A DNA stretch of 63,886 nucleotides, the filler included, from Craspedostauros australis (Eukaryota): NCBI GenBank assembly GCA_030167865.1. It is 10 parts of 10 records of this genome, joined end to end, with 100 filler letters (N's around TTAATTAATTAA, not from the genome) between each part and the next. Parts side by side here need not be neighbours in the genome. Positions count along the whole stretch, not along the records: positions 1 to 19,811 come from JALAGF010001114.1; positions 19,912 to 42,404 come from JALAGF010001115.1; 8 more parts are not named here. One strand, written 5' to 3'. The notes under the pieces were generated by a model. The model saw only the letters and a program-made list of their open reading frames with translations. It made no database searches and was not told where the DNA came from. Of this stretch, positions 12,597-24,995 are shown piece by piece (within the stretch, counting starts at the first letter, position 1; each line of letters opens with the position of its first letter). The translations under genes and the position numbers were made by a program.

Positions 12597-15291
12597 GTGG
12601 AGCTAGCGACTTTGTGTTAGCAATCGATCCGTTCGTTCTCTCCCATGAGCAACTGATGACCGTGGCTTGAAACTGCTGTTTTACGGTGCTATGTGACGTT
12701 TGATGAGAGGTGAACGGCAACGAAGCGTTTACTCTTGCTACTCCTTCTTAAGAGGCTGCCCGTGATGACCTTCCCAACGTCTCTCGTGTGGTCTCTCGTG
12801 AGGTCTCTTGTGAGGTTTGTGACACACTTGTTGTTGATGCCGATGCCCTCACTGGTCCTGCAGGTGATGGTGATGATGCCGCTGCGAATGCTATGGACGA
12901 TGTTAGCCTTGATGCTGGGTGCGTCTTGGTCCTTGTCTATGGTACCCACGAGCACGAGTATGTATGATGCGATGGCGGGTGCTTGGGGTCCTCCTTGTCT
13001 TTGTTCTCCTTCTTGCCCTTCTCGCCATGGAGCCAGGCGATGGGTACAACCAAAACAGACCGCCTTGGACGCAACCGATTTGTGGATGCGTGACAATTTT
13101 CGTCCAACAAGCCTTGCTGTGGGTGCACCTGGCTGGCCGGCTCCCCAAACTTTCGTCGAGTCTTTCCAGACATTAGCGTGCGGGACAACGGAGAGTGCTT
13201 TTATATGCATATTCAACGCGCAATATTATTATACAAATTGTGACCACCTAAGTAAACCAAAGCACATGTACGGAAAAGACCGTTCATGTCACACACACAT
13301 CCTTTTGTTGGAACGGTGATTTACTTACACACGTGTTGCCTCGCGGTGAGGCGGCAGTGAGTTTGGGCGCCCTCCAACAGAAACAAAACCGAATTGGTCA
13401 TCTCTTTCGCTTGTGTGCCAGCTCAATCACAACCCTCTGTTGGTGCGGATCGTGCTCTCTCCGTGAGACGATCCAGGCGCCACGGATTGTCGATTCGAAC
13501 GTTACGAATCCTTGAGGAGAGTGATCTTGCTATACTATATTCTGGAGAGAGAGAGAGAGAGGCATCGTGTTGCTTCGATTCTTTGATGGGCATCAGTTTC
13601 GAACGACCGCAAAATATGAGTGGATCTGAGGTGCACACAGCGCTAATTTTGAATTTAAACTGTCGCCAAAGTTGTGGATGTTTGGATTGCATTGGTGCAG
13701 CAATTTTGGCAACCCGTTGCATTCATTCGGGTGTCGCCATGGTATGTTGGCGTTGTCCAAGGTTGCGTTGTTGCCATTGGTTCAGGATGACGGGACATAG
13801 AGAGTACATGCAAGTGGTGGAATGCGTTGATATGCGTTGAAATGCTTTGAAATGAGGAACTCCCACACCACGATCGATTTCAAACCTGGTTTGGGTCGAC
13901 GAGCTGCATGTGCCGCGACTCCATTGTCGTCAAGGCAATCCAACATCTTCAAGGACATGAACAGCGCGTATGGTACGATAGGCTATTGCGTATTAACGTA
14001 GGTTTACGCATTAACGCAAGTACTGGTGAGAGATTGCAAGCAAGACTATGGGAGAAAAAGTCGAAGAATCGCCTTCACATCAACCATCGGCGAAGTCCGT
14101 CACACGAGGAGACCAACACGGTGATGGAAGAGCATCGCTTCCAATTTGTGGGGTTCTTCACATCAACGGTGTGATCGGCATAAGCAAACGGTAAAGATGA
14201 GACAGCAATCGTGTAGATCCCGACAAAGTGAGGGATTTCCCAAGAGTTCCTGCAACGGATCTATTTTGACCGGGCGGCTCGTCTCAACTGAAAACCAGCG
14301 TGTCGGAAGGACAAGCAAATGCCAATCATCAACCATCCCACACATACCGTGTTCCATCATGTCCACATCCAACACCGAGAGAAGAGGATGTCCAGTGGCA
14401 GGCACAAGCTCCAACCACCGCCGCGAGTTCTGCCTCTCTTCTCTGTCTTCGCCATCCCCTGGTTTCACTCTACACGGATAGCGCCAACTTGATGGCGATG
14501 GTTGATGGCCAGGAGGAAAAGATACTTTCCACTTCAGCAAACGACGTACGTGTGCGAAGTAAGACGCAGCGGATCATCATCGGCGTTTTTGGACTGTGTG
14601 GGAGCCCAATGGAAGGGAATTTGTCTGGACAATGAGCGGTGGGACAATCGCCCAGAGAGGCAATCGAAGCAGGGGATGCCCAAGCAGCAAGTCCTCTTGC
14701 TCACACTCTGATGCGCATGTCGCACACAGTACTCTGCGGACTGTGCACCACATGTCTTGAATGTCGTCTCTGTTCCACATTCCTGGTCGCCACCATTTTG
14801 TGAGGATCTTCTTCGTTTTCCCACAACCGAGACAACAACGTTGACGAAGGCTGAGAGTGAATAACGCCAAGTAACTGTCATATTTTGTGGTTGTCTCTCC
14901 ACGACAAAGAGAACGGACAGAGGACACCGAAAGGAAGACCATCTGTTGGGACATGATTCTCTGTGGTGGTGGTTGCAGTTGGTGATGCCAACAGAAGGCT
15001 GCCGATGCCTCTCCGCTCGAGGAAATGCGATGGTGAAGACACAAAGCAAAAATCAGAAACAGCACCAACAACGGCAACAGCATCAGCAACAGCAGCGACA
15101 ACTACAGAGCTGACGAGTGGAACAAGCAGCCATAAGCAAGAGCTCATCATCTCTCTTGTCGTACAACCCACAGCACCAACAGAACACAATACTCAACGAT
15201 TATATTATATTGTTGTACCTATACTCGTATCATATTCTATAATAGAATAGAATATCATATAATATTCTACAAAGCACAAGCAACGCAAACC

Positions 15292-15681
15292 ATGAACGTG
15301 AACACGACAAGCACCGAAGCCGCGGCCACAAAGCCGGCAGCCGACAAATCGGCCCAGCCACCACCGCAAAAGGAGATCGCCGACTCGGAACTGGCCACGG
15401 CGCTGATCAGCATCACGGGTCCATGCCGCGCTCTGGGCGACCTTTACCTCTCCTGCGTCGCGACGGCCGGTCTGGGAATGTGCCGCACGTTGCGATATGA
15501 CTTCACTCAGTGCGCGAATGCCGCGGTGCCTCAATCGCAAGCGGCTCTGGCCGTGCTGGGCGACGAGTGGTGCGGTGACATGGGCGAGTCGGCCACGACG
15601 GAAGAGAAGATGGATTGCGCTGCCAAGAAGATCAACCAGCAATTGGTGAAGGCGTTGCGGCAGTCTGCCACTCGCGAATGA
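15292..15681 (+). CDS. Small twin CX9C (CHCH-like) protein, 129 aa
   Basis: C-RALGDLYLS-C, 8-residue spacer, C-RTLRYDFTQ-C, plus two further Cys. GC-rich codons, ACCATG start after an AT-rich stretch. Confidence 0.7.
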   Translation: MNVNTTSTEAAATKPAADKSAQPPPQKEIADSELATALISITGPCRALGDLYLSCVATAGLGMCRTLRYDFTQCANAAVPQSQAALAVLGDEWCGDMGESATTEEKMDCAAKKINQQLVKALRQSATRE

Positions 15682-16860
15682 GAGTCGTAGGGTGGGCGAA
15701 GAATGGAAAGAGCAATCATTCTGACCGGATGCGAGTACCTCAAGGGTGGACGTTCCACTCTGTCATATTCTGCATTATTCCCTTCCACGATGTCAGAGAC
15801 AGCGGCGACGGCAACTACTGCATCCCATACAAGATCGCATGAGTTGCGTCTGGCCATTCATGATTGCGCACGAGACCGCTCCTTGCAGGCATGAGGCCAT
15901 CATGCTTCGCTCTACTGAGCATTCCGATCAAACTGGAAACCATGAGACTCTGCGATTGGACAAACAAGTTGCGAGGTCGAATGACTGCGTGTCTCGCACA
16001 ACATTATCATGCACGAAAGCATCTTCACAACACGACGCGATTGCACTGTCGGAAGCGCAAAGCTCTACAATGTGAACGATGGTGACAACAAACCTTTGCG
16101 CATTTCTTAAGAGCAAACGGAGCAAGCTACCGCAACACGCATACTACAGTGATCTATTGTAAATAGTAACCTCGGGATCTGGACGTCAAATAACTCAACA
16201 TGCGTCCCAACATCTTCCTCTCTCCTCGCAGAGAGTCCAATGGTATTATTGTCGAAGCTGATGCCAAGCAGAAGTTGCCTCCACCAAGTCCGATAGTGTC
16301 ACGAGGTCTCACATGACAACAAATTGAGAGCTCGTTTGTGCCGAAGGACCCGCACAACGAAACAACGCGCCATTTCTCAACGCGAACACGAACAACAACA
16401 AAAACAAAGATGAAACCCGAACGAGAGACATCATGTCCCACAAGCCAACAACACTGTTGTGGATACTCCCCCGCCATTGATCCTCGAAGATCTGTTGCTG
16501 AAGGCGTACATGTATCATCATTATTGCAGAGGCGAACAGACCACCACAGGTCCGAACATCATTCTCAAATTTAGTTGCAGAGCAGCTGGAAAAGTGGTCA
16601 ACGCTGCCTGGAGTCGAGCAACCCCTCGCTTCGACAAGACTGAGCAAGGTGCAAACGACGACACAGAGACCATCTTGGTGAAGGCGAAGATTCGACACGC
16701 ACGCAAGCCACTACTAGTAATGCATCGCTCGCACGTGTACTATTATAACATATCGTAGTCCAGAGACAGAGTCGCATCATTGCTCCCCAAGTCTCTCGCC
16801 AATCTTCCATCATCTTGTTTGGAGGGAGACAATCAGAGACTCATCACGGCTAGCACCATC

Positions 16861-17142
16861 ATGTTGGTTCAAAGCATCCGGGCAAGCATGGGCGTACAGC
16901 GCACTATCATCAGTCTCCACCATGGACGTGTTGGACGTGTTGGACGTGTTGGGCGTGTTGGACGTGTTGGATTGGGTGCGTGCATGCGCACAAAAGCGAG
17001 GCGAGAATCTATGCACAGATCCCGATCGGCTGTCTCCACGATTTACTCCAACAACGCCCCAGCAACGTCACACGAGCGCAACCTTCCTGCGCTGATACGG
17101 CCACCGTTGTCCAAAACAACAAGCGTTCCATCGAACTACCAG

Positions 17143-17176
<34 letters not shown>

Positions 17177-19038
17177 TGGAATGCCATCAGCCGCTCCATC
17201 TCAACGTCGACCATGGCTGTGCTCTCTTGCTACCGCATCTGCAGCCGAATCCTCACCCATCAGCACATGCAAGCGATGTCCATGTCACCAAACCCGCGCC
17301 TTCCGACCTCTCCACATCCATGCGCGCGATCAGCGTGGACGCTCAACTCAAAACGAAGCTTGTCACTCTTGCAAATGGCCTTCTTGCGCACCATCGAGGG
17401 GACTACGGAAGACTTCGGCGCTTCTCAACAGGCGGTGACAAAGCCTCTTCCTCACGCTCATCATTGCAATCACCATCGCAACCACCATCGAAGTCAAGGC
17501 AGTCGCTTGGTGCCATGGCACCTGCGGCCAACCAATCCATTGACGATAAAAACAACGGCCAGGAGCCAGCTGGCACCGACAGCACCACCGACAAGGTGAA
17601 CCCAAACTCACAACTACGAAGAACCAAGACCATCACTGTGCTCAACAGTTCAGCTTCCAAAGAGAGGATCAAGAGACAAGTCAGGGCCAACCGAAAGAAC
17701 AAGATCTCGGTGCCCAACTACGGCCCCGATGCCGACCGCGCATTCCAATCGCTGCAGAACGCGCGCAAGGAACGGGCCAGGGCAAAGACGGCCGCCAACG
17801 TCCGCAGGGCGCTCTACGGCAACGCCTTCATCTGCGCTGCCAAGCTAGGCGCGTGGCTCTCGTCCGGCAGTTCCAGCATGATGTCGGAGTTCGTGCACAG
17901 CGTCGTGGACTGCGGTAACCAATCCCTCCTTCTCATGGGCCTCAGGGATTCGCGCAACGCTGCCGATCGGTTGCATCCCTACGGATACGGAAAGTCCATC
18001 TACTTCTGGGCCTTGGTCAGCGCCTTGGGCACCTTCTTCCTCGGCGCCGGCGTTTCCATGAGCCATTCCATCCAGGCGCTCATGGCTCCGACCTTGGAAG
18101 ACATCTCGTGGCATATCTGGGGCGTCCTCGGCGTCAGCTTCGCCGTCGATGGATACGTCCTTGCCAAGACGGTGTCCGAGATCTCGGAGGAAAAGCCGCC
18201 GCACATCAGCCTCATGGACCACATCTGGAAGATACGAGATCCCGCAACGCTGGCGATCCTTCTGGAGGACGGAGCAGCGTGCCTGGGGATCCTCATCGCG
18301 ATCGGAGGCATCTCGGCTTCCCACGTCACCAGCATGCCCATATTCGATGGCATCGCGGGCGTCGGCATCTCCTGTCTCCTGGGTGCCATGGGCCTCATGC
18401 TGGTCCGCGTCAACCACAGCTTCCTGCTGGGCCAAGGCGTCGACAAGGAGATCCGCGACGGCATCGAGAAGATCATCCTGGATCGACGCAGCATCGACAA
18501 CGTCTACTCCATCCAGTCCCAGTGGACCGGCCCCGAAACCTTCTCCTTCAAGGCCGAGGTCGACTTTGACGGGACCTTCCTGGCCGCCCAGCTCATGTCG
18601 CGGTACCAGGGAGAATTCAGCCGCGCGCACAAGGAGCTCGATCAGGAACTCGAGGTCCTGCTGTGCTGGTACGCCGAGGACGTCATGCGCGCCGTCGAAC
18701 GCGAAGTGCGCCACATCGAGGCCAAGATCCGCCAGAAGTATCCCGGCGCGGAGTACATCGAGCTGGAGCCCATGAGCAAGGATGCCGACAAGTTCGCGAT
18801 CGACGATTCCTTCGAGGAGAAGCTGCAGGCCATTGAACGCAAGGAGATGCAGAGCTTGGTGCGCGTGCTGTACGAGAACGCGGGCAAGACGAGCCTCGAT
18901 GACCCGCAGACGGTGCCCATGGAATCCGAGGGCGTGCCCATGCCCACATCCGTGATCGATTTTGAAAAGTCCGTCAAGGAGGCGTCGTCGTTGCCGTCAT
19001 CGTTGTCGCCCAATCCAAAAGATGTCAAGAAAAAATGA
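16861..19038 (+). CDS. Cation diffusion facilitator, ZnT9/SLC30A9/MTP7-like metal transporter (start codon uncertain)
   Basis: RALYGNAFICAAKLGAW...SEFVHSVVDCGNQ...HPYGYGK...LLEDGAA...FKAEVDFDG...YIELEP. Long low-complexity N-terminus with (GRV)4 and polyQ. Confidence 0.9.
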
Positions 19039-19364
19039 ATGAACTCATGCATAACCGTACTCAATTCTGTGTCAACTTCATTCATTCGCACATATCGTTG
19101 CGCTGTAGTTCAGAGTATGAACTCTACTCTATTGAAAGTTACGTTCGAATGTGCATATCTTCTATGCACCAAGTATAATACGATATAAGAATGTCTTTGA
19201 ACGTGATTACCGACTGTTGTGGATGTTGCTGTTGTGCCGTCGTTACGTTATCAGTTCATAATGGAATGGTATGTGTGGTATGGAAAGAGTATGAAGGGCA
19301 TTCAGATACTCAAATCCAAATGACAATCAAGCCATGTTGTTGCGATGTGCGATGATGCGACAAT

Positions 19365-19811
19365 TTACTTTGGGATTCCGTTGATCACGTTGAAGAAGTC
19401 TGCCTTCAAGGAGGCACCACCAATCAATCCACCATCGATGTCTGGCTGAGACAACAGACCCTCAGCATTCGCACCCTTCATCGATCCTCCGTACTGAATA
19501 CGGACCGCATTCGCGACAGACTCGGACACGTTTGCGCTCATCCACTTGCGGATGTTGGCGTGTGTCTCCTGTGCCATCTCTGGTGTGGCGGTCAGTCCAG
19601 TACCAATGGCCCACACTGGCTCATACGCGATGGCCACGTTTGCCCACTCTTCTGGCTTGAGGAGCTTGGCGAGAGGCTCGAGCTGCTTGGCGCACACATC
19701 CATGGTGACACCCGATTCTCTCTCTTCCTTCTTCTCACCGATGGCGAACATGACCTTGAGTCCGTTGTCAAGGGCGACCTTGCACTTGTCGGCACAGAGC
19801 TTCTCTGGCTC
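19365..19811 (-). CDS. TPI: Triosephosphate isomerase, C-terminal part (cut by contig end)
   Basis: AIAYEPVWAIGTG, RIQYGGS and DIDGGLIGGASL motifs; stop at 19365. Confidence 0.96.
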   Translation of the reverse strand, partial: EPEKLCADKCKVALDNGLKVMFAIGEKKEERESGVTMDVCAKQLEPLAKLLKPEEWANVAIAYEPVWAIGTGLTATPEMAQETHANIRKWMSANVSESVANAVRIQYGGSMKGANAEGLLSQPDIDGGLIGGASLKADFFNVINGIPK

Positions 19812-19911
19812 NNNNNNNNNNNNNNNNNNNNNNNNNNNNNNNNNNNNNNNNNNNNTTAATTAATTAANNNNNNNNNNNNNNNNNNNNNNNNNNNNNNNNN
19901 NNNNNNNNNNN
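19812..19911. other. Artificial contig linker N44-TTAATTAATTAA-N44 (also at 42405-42504, 43748-43847, 45659-45758, 52508-52607, 54391-54490, 55926-56025, 58333-58432, 62537-62636)
   Basis: Nine identical 100-nt blocks with stop codons in all six frames. Confidence 0.99.
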
Positions 19912-21862
19912 GCCAGCATGAAATGCGGCCTTGATGGTCGTGTTGATTCCACTCACATGTTCGCAGTCCATGGCTGCTCTCATCAGTAGTTCCTCGTTTG
20001 CGTGTCCCAGATGTGTGTAGGCATAGGATTTACCATGCCAGGCCTTCATGAACCATGCCTGCAAAGCTGTTGTTGCAAGCCGTTGCTGCAGTTCCAGAAA
20101 CTGGGGTGATGCGGTGCCATCACTTCCTTTGCTGGGCACATCATTTTCGTTGCATTCTCCTTGTGTATCAGTCTTGAGACTGGAGCTACTGTTCCTTGTT
20201 GCTGCCGTGGCTTCTTCTGCATTGATGGACAGGGATGACAGAGTGCTGTGCTCTGAGCTACCTCTATTTTTGCGAGCAGCTGTGCTATCATCTGGTAGGC
20301 ATGCGTCAGTGAATGCTGATGTGTCTGCAGCCTCTGCTCTACTGGAAGCACCTGCATTCGACACGGATGTGGCAGTAGTGGGTGGACCAGAGGCAGATGT
20401 GCTCGGTGCTACAGTGTTGGAAGCTGGCGTGCCTGATGTGCAAGGGGTTGGTGTGTTGAATGTGGACGATGTAGATTGTGAGGCAGGTGAGTCCGAAGTC
20501 TTGGGTGCAGATGCCGCAGCTGCGACTGTTTCAGTGGGGTGTGCGTTGCATGCCAAAGTTTGAAGATATGGAGGATTGAGCTGGAGATGAAGGGAGAGCG
20601 AAAGTGCTGGCGACTGAGGTTGTAGATGTTCAAGTCTGCCGAGCAGACAAAGATTGTCCTTGATGGCAGTGGACGGACTTTGCGCGCCTTGATGCTGGTG
20701 TGAGTCGAGATGGCCTCGTCCATCTAGAAGTAGATGACCTTGTGCTGTGCGTTGTAGATGTGGATGGAGGAGGAGCTGATACGACAGACATCAGTGCGGA
20801 CGATGTGAATGAAGGGGAGGCACAACAACTGCATGTACTAGGTGCAATTGTATACCTGCCAGAGTCGCGGTTGATGCTGGCTGCAGCATCACTTGACTGC
20901 TGGGTTGCAGCAGCCTGGGCAACACTGACTCCCTTCTCACGGGCGATGCCGTGCGGGTCCTGCAGTTGTTTGTCGTCTGGCTAGGAGATGGGATGGAATG
21001 GTTTGCATTGGTCGAAGCATCCATCATTGCAGTCTTGTAGAGGATGTCCATGTCCTTTGAAAGCTGCTTCATGCACAGCCATTGAAAACGGTTTGGCGGC
21101 ATTGTGCAGTGCTTGCAATTTTCCTTCCCATGGGTGCTCAGGGTGAGGCTGAGCTTGTTTTGCAACGTCTTGGCTGGACGCTTGTTTCCGTTGTGCGAGC
21201 ACAGACAGGTGCAGACTTTCTGCTGAGCAGTCATCCTCTGACCATTGCGCAACAGAGGCTTGTAGGTTGGCCTCCAATTTCGATGAGTTGTCTTGTTCAT
21301 TTGTGAGCTGCTTGTAGTGCACCTTTGCATCAAGCAAGGCCTTTCCCACAGCAACACAAACTCTGTCATGTTGGGATCCAGCATCATTGGGGATGATGAT
21401 GTTGGCGGCAGCAACAATGGCAGCAATCAGCATGGCTGCTGGTGCATCGTTGGCCACATGACCATTGCCAACAGGGTAGACTCCAGTATCGACGTTGTTG
21501 GCATCAACATTGCTTTCATTGTGGACACCAAGGATGTCATCAGTGTTGTCACTGTCAAGATCGATTGGGGTATCAATAACCTAGTCTTCGTATGAACTGT
21601 TGGTGTCATTATCGCTGTGGTTGGTGGCGTCTGCTATGTGCTCGATGAGAGATGCGATGTCAGGCAAAGTACTCACAATGAAACAAGCTTCTTGAAGCTG
21701 GTGGGAACCTAAACAGTGTTATATTAGAGGAACATTTGATGATGAAAGACGTTGATGGTACTGAAGGGGACGGCAATTACGATAAAAAGCTTGTGGTTAC
21801 ACGCAAAGTTGTTGTGTTACCGTTTACAAGTCTATTGAAGTCCAAGGATGCGGTTGACAACA
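19912..21862 (-). mobile_element. Degenerate Ty1/copia element 5' half (candidate 146-bp LTR 21862-21717, decayed gag/protease, GAG-pre-integrase start)
   Basis: HLGHANEELL (pre-integrase His motif) near the contig edge. The upstream frame is broken by stops and frameshifts, and the region looks TG/CA-rich and CG-poor. On the minus strand TGTTG(21862)...TAACA(21717) gives LTR-like inverted ends. Confidence 0.6.
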
Positions 21863-21999
21863 CGTAAATCAACGCGACAAAATACGAAGCCAGCATCACA
21901 ACCAGAACGCAACCGAGAGAAACAGGGAATTTGGAGGAGGTGGAGTGGTCAAAGTAGTCTTTTCTCAGATGAGCAAAATTCGACTACTTTTTTTGTGGT

Positions 22000-22105
22000 C
22001 GTAAGTGGACTGAGGAGTCCACTTACGGTAACTGGATTGAGGAGTCCACTTACGAAGCCCAAAAATGCAAGGGGGTCGTAAGTGGACTGGTGAGTCCACT
22101 TACGA
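22000..22105. repeat. Three palindromic units CGTAAGTGGACT-N4-AGTCCACTTACG
   Basis: Hairpins at 22000-22027 (12-bp stem), 22028-22053 (imperfect) and 22076-22105 (13-bp stem). Confidence 0.9.
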
Positions 22106-22131
22106 AAACGCCCACACAAAAAATTCCTTAC

Positions 22132-22569
22132 GGATATGCCAGGCGTGTCATCCTGGCTGGCTGTGCACCCTGCCCCACCACGAAAGCCCATTGTGTGGGG
22201 ACAATCGGCAAGCAGCCCATCCCACACTCCGAGGCACTTGGCATCGTTGCAGTTGGGATCCTTTCCGATGGTCTCGGCGGCCTTGACCGTTGCAGGATTG
22301 GCAATTGCGATCGCCGCAACGACGCCGGCATGGAGAAAGCTGCGCCGAGCATTGAGCTGACCTTGTGGGATCGCGGAGTGCTGCACTTGATGGCGAGCAC
22401 GATGGTCGCAAGTTGACTTCGGCTGCGAGTCAGTGATACTCCAACCGAAGGCTGTGGGGCTGATGATCGACGAAAGCACGCCAAGTAGCAACACGTGCTG
22501 GGTGCTTCTGCGACGAAATCGCGCCCCACTTCTCCGTTGCAGTGTCGTCATCGTCGTCGTCATCGTCAT
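22132..22569 (-). CDS. 5' part of a DUF1499-like thylakoid-lumen protein gene, interrupted at about 22131
   Basis: Signal peptide VLLLGVLSSIISPTAFG-W, twin-Arg ARRSFL plus hydrophobic stretch and VKA-A (Tat lumen signal), then CLGVWDGLLADCPH...GCTASQDDTPGI (DUF1499-like from recollection). Protein-like sequence ends at TCC|GTAAG. Confidence 0.62.
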
Positions 22570-23969
22570 TGTGATGGTGATCGATCCTTCTACTCCAAAC
22601 CAACGCTGCACTCCAATGCTATTCCGTTGCGTCGTTGCGTCTGTCTCTCCTGTCGATGCTCGTTGGTGACCGTAACGATCTACTTCATGCTCTGGATTCT
22701 GGGAAACCTCCGGACTCAGAACGATCACCAACACCACCAACGCCACCAACGCCAGACAGTATCCGCGGCACATCCTCACCACCGAATCCTTGATGTTGTT
22801 GGATGGGTTGTGTTGGTGTCATTCGTATCTTTTCAATATCTTCTTGCGTTCGTTAGTCTTGATGTTGAAGGACGAACCTGTCCGTCAACGTGACATTCCG
22901 TGTTGAATTGGTGCAGAATGAGTTTTCGAACACTTTACGAACGACAGAGAACTCCTTCGAACGAAAAGAACAATCATGATTGGAAAACTCGTGATTCGAC
23001 GGTCGACTCGATTGGTTGTGAGAAAGGAACTTCAACCTCGACTGTGGGAAGGAATTTCGCTTTCGTTTGGATGGTGCGACATGCGTAGATTTTTGTACTA
23101 AGTATACTGAGATTCACTCCGCTTCAACAGGAACAGAGATTCCTTGAGCCGGCTTGATTCGATGAACCATGACGTACTTTTTCTTGCAGTTGTTTGGTTT
23201 GCTGATTGGTGTCTGAGTTGTGATTGACTCATGATGTCGATGGGGGTTGAGCTTCGGTGACACGATACGATTCAGTGGCTGTGGGGAATCTTCGTCCATC
23301 AGAGCGCGTTTCGTTTGCGGTGGAGGAGTTCGTTTCTCTTCGTGTCTGTGTTGCGCCGTTTTTTTCTCGGAGAGTCCGGGTTTCAGCTGTTCATCGTGGT
23401 GGATTCATCGCGCTAAATGTTCGATTGATCACGTAAGAGGTCCGTCTCGCGATACGCCGTGCTGTATCGTGTTGGATGCAAACCTGGTTGAAGTCAGCAA
23501 AACGTGAAAAGTGAACCATTTGCTGTGCCGCGAACCGTGCAAGTACAGACAGCAGTACCTGTGCGTAGCAAGTATACGTGAAGCAACTGCACTGCCCACC
23601 ACCCACCCACCAACAAACACAAAATCCCAATCAACCACACAAGATCAACGCCCACATCCACGCAAGCCGCAGCATCAGCATCAGCATAAAACAACCAGAG
23701 CGGTTGCGATCAAGATCGGCATCAACATCAACAAGGACACCCAACGCCCATAAAACCAACAGCATCAACAACATCGGCAACACCAAAGAAGAAAGGAAAG
23801 GAGAGACACGTCGCAAGTGAGATCCAAAGCAATCCAATTCAAAGGAAAGCAAAGGAAAGCAAAGGAAACGAACAAACGGAGAGAAAGATCCGAGAACGGC
23901 AGAACACAAACGCACGAACACAGACAGGAACATCAGAACCCAAATCAAAGCCAAATATCATCCCTCACC

Positions 23970-24995
23970 ATGACGACCATCATGCAACCGCAGATCACGC
24001 CGATTGCGTTCACCTCACAGATCCTCAGCCAAGACACAAGCGCAGTGACTGCACCGGTGGGCATGACTTCGATGGAAGCAAGAAACCGCAGCTGTGACAT
24101 CATGTTGACTCAGCACAACGACGCAACAAGCACCGCCACGACAGCACCAGTAGTCGTGCCAGACAGCGCTGCTTCGTGCACAACTTCGCCTACTGCCACC
24201 ACCATCACCACAGCAGCCACAGCAGCCACAACAGTCACAGCAGCCACAACAGTCACAACCACCACCACTACTGCCACCGCAACAACCACCACAGCTGGAC
24301 CAGCACGAAAACGCACGAAAACTTCAGGATCGAGCGCGGCAACCAGCAAGAAAGCCAAGAAGCCGCAGATGAGATACGACCCCGACGTGCCGATGACCAA
24401 GGAGCAGGCCGCCGTCTGGCGTCGCGAACAGCGCAGGAAGCGCAACCGGGAGAGCGCGGCCGCGTCCCGCCAGAAGCAGCGCGATCGCATCACCGAACTC
24501 GAAGTCGAGATCAACGGTTACCAGACCAAGCACTCCTCCATCATGGCCAGGATTCAAGAATTGGAGCGCATCGCCGCCGCCAAGCAGATCACCATCACAT
24601 CCACCACCGAGACTCCGGCTGCCACAGACACCGACACCACTCCTTCCATCACTGTCATGCAGCCAGAATGCGTCACTGATGACGAAGCATCCCGTGCTGG
24701 TCGACACTCTGACGCCAGCAGCATCTCCGCCGATGCCACCGCATGTCCGCACACGACCGCACCAGCTTCGCCTGGACCGGCGTTCGTGCCTTCCTCGCTT
24801 CCCGTTGCAGTCTCACCCATTCCGTCTAACGTTGACTTTCTTGATTTCTCCCACACGCACATGCCACAGACACAGACACAACAAGAGCAGAAGCTCAGCC
24901 TTCTGGATGAGGTCAACGTTGCCATCCCAAGCACACACCAATTGAACATGGATCAGCCACCACTAAGGATTATCTCACGACAAGCTACGTCATGA
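23970..24995 (+). CDS. bZIP transcription factor, unspliced form (341 aa); HAC1/XBP1/bZIP60-like candidate
   Basis: Basic region and zipper WRREQRRKRNRESAAASRQKQRDRITELEVEINGYQTKHSSIMARIQEL. ACCATG start at 23970 after an A/C-rich leader. Confidence 0.92.
   Translation: MTTIMQPQITPIAFTSQILSQDTSAVTAPVGMTSMEARNRSCDIMLTQHNDATSTATTAPVVVPDSAASCTTSPTATTITTAATAATTVTAATTVTTTTTTATATTTTAGPARKRTKTSGSSAATSKKAKKPQMRYDPDVPMTKEQAAVWRREQRRKRNRESAAASRQKQRDRITELEVEINGYQTKHSSIMARIQELERIAAAKQITITSTTETPAATDTDTTPSITVMQPECVTDDEASRAGRHSDASSISADATACPHTTAPASPGPAFVPSSLPVAVSPIPSNVDFLDFSHTHMPQTQTQQEQKLSLLDEVNVAIPSTHQLNMDQPPLRIISRQATS

Noticed and set aside
12689..15250. Numerous short ORFs upstream of E2F, and 35865-36917 upstream of the kinase
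   Set aside because: No motifs, overlapping on both strands and low-complexity; consistent with promoter/UTR sequence.
19365..19811. Diatom TPI-GAPDH fusion
   Set aside because: TPI ends in its own stop at 19365 with no GAPDH downstream.
19812..19911. Recurring TTAATTAATTAA motif flanked by Ns, and ORFs ending ...LIN
   Set aside because: Artificial six-frame-stop contig linker. ORFs and gene neighbourhoods crossing it are not biological.
21697..21709. Primer-binding site GGTTCCCACCAGC after the candidate LTR
   Set aside because: I could not match it to a tRNA by eye.
22000..22105. CRISPR array
   Set aside because: Only three units with spacing of 0 and about 22 nt; no leader or cas genes.
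23170..23812. UPRE/G-box-like ACGT cores upstream of the bZIP (autoregulation)
   Set aside because: Five 4-mers in about 650 bp is near chance, and there is no full TGACGTGG or CCACGTCA site.
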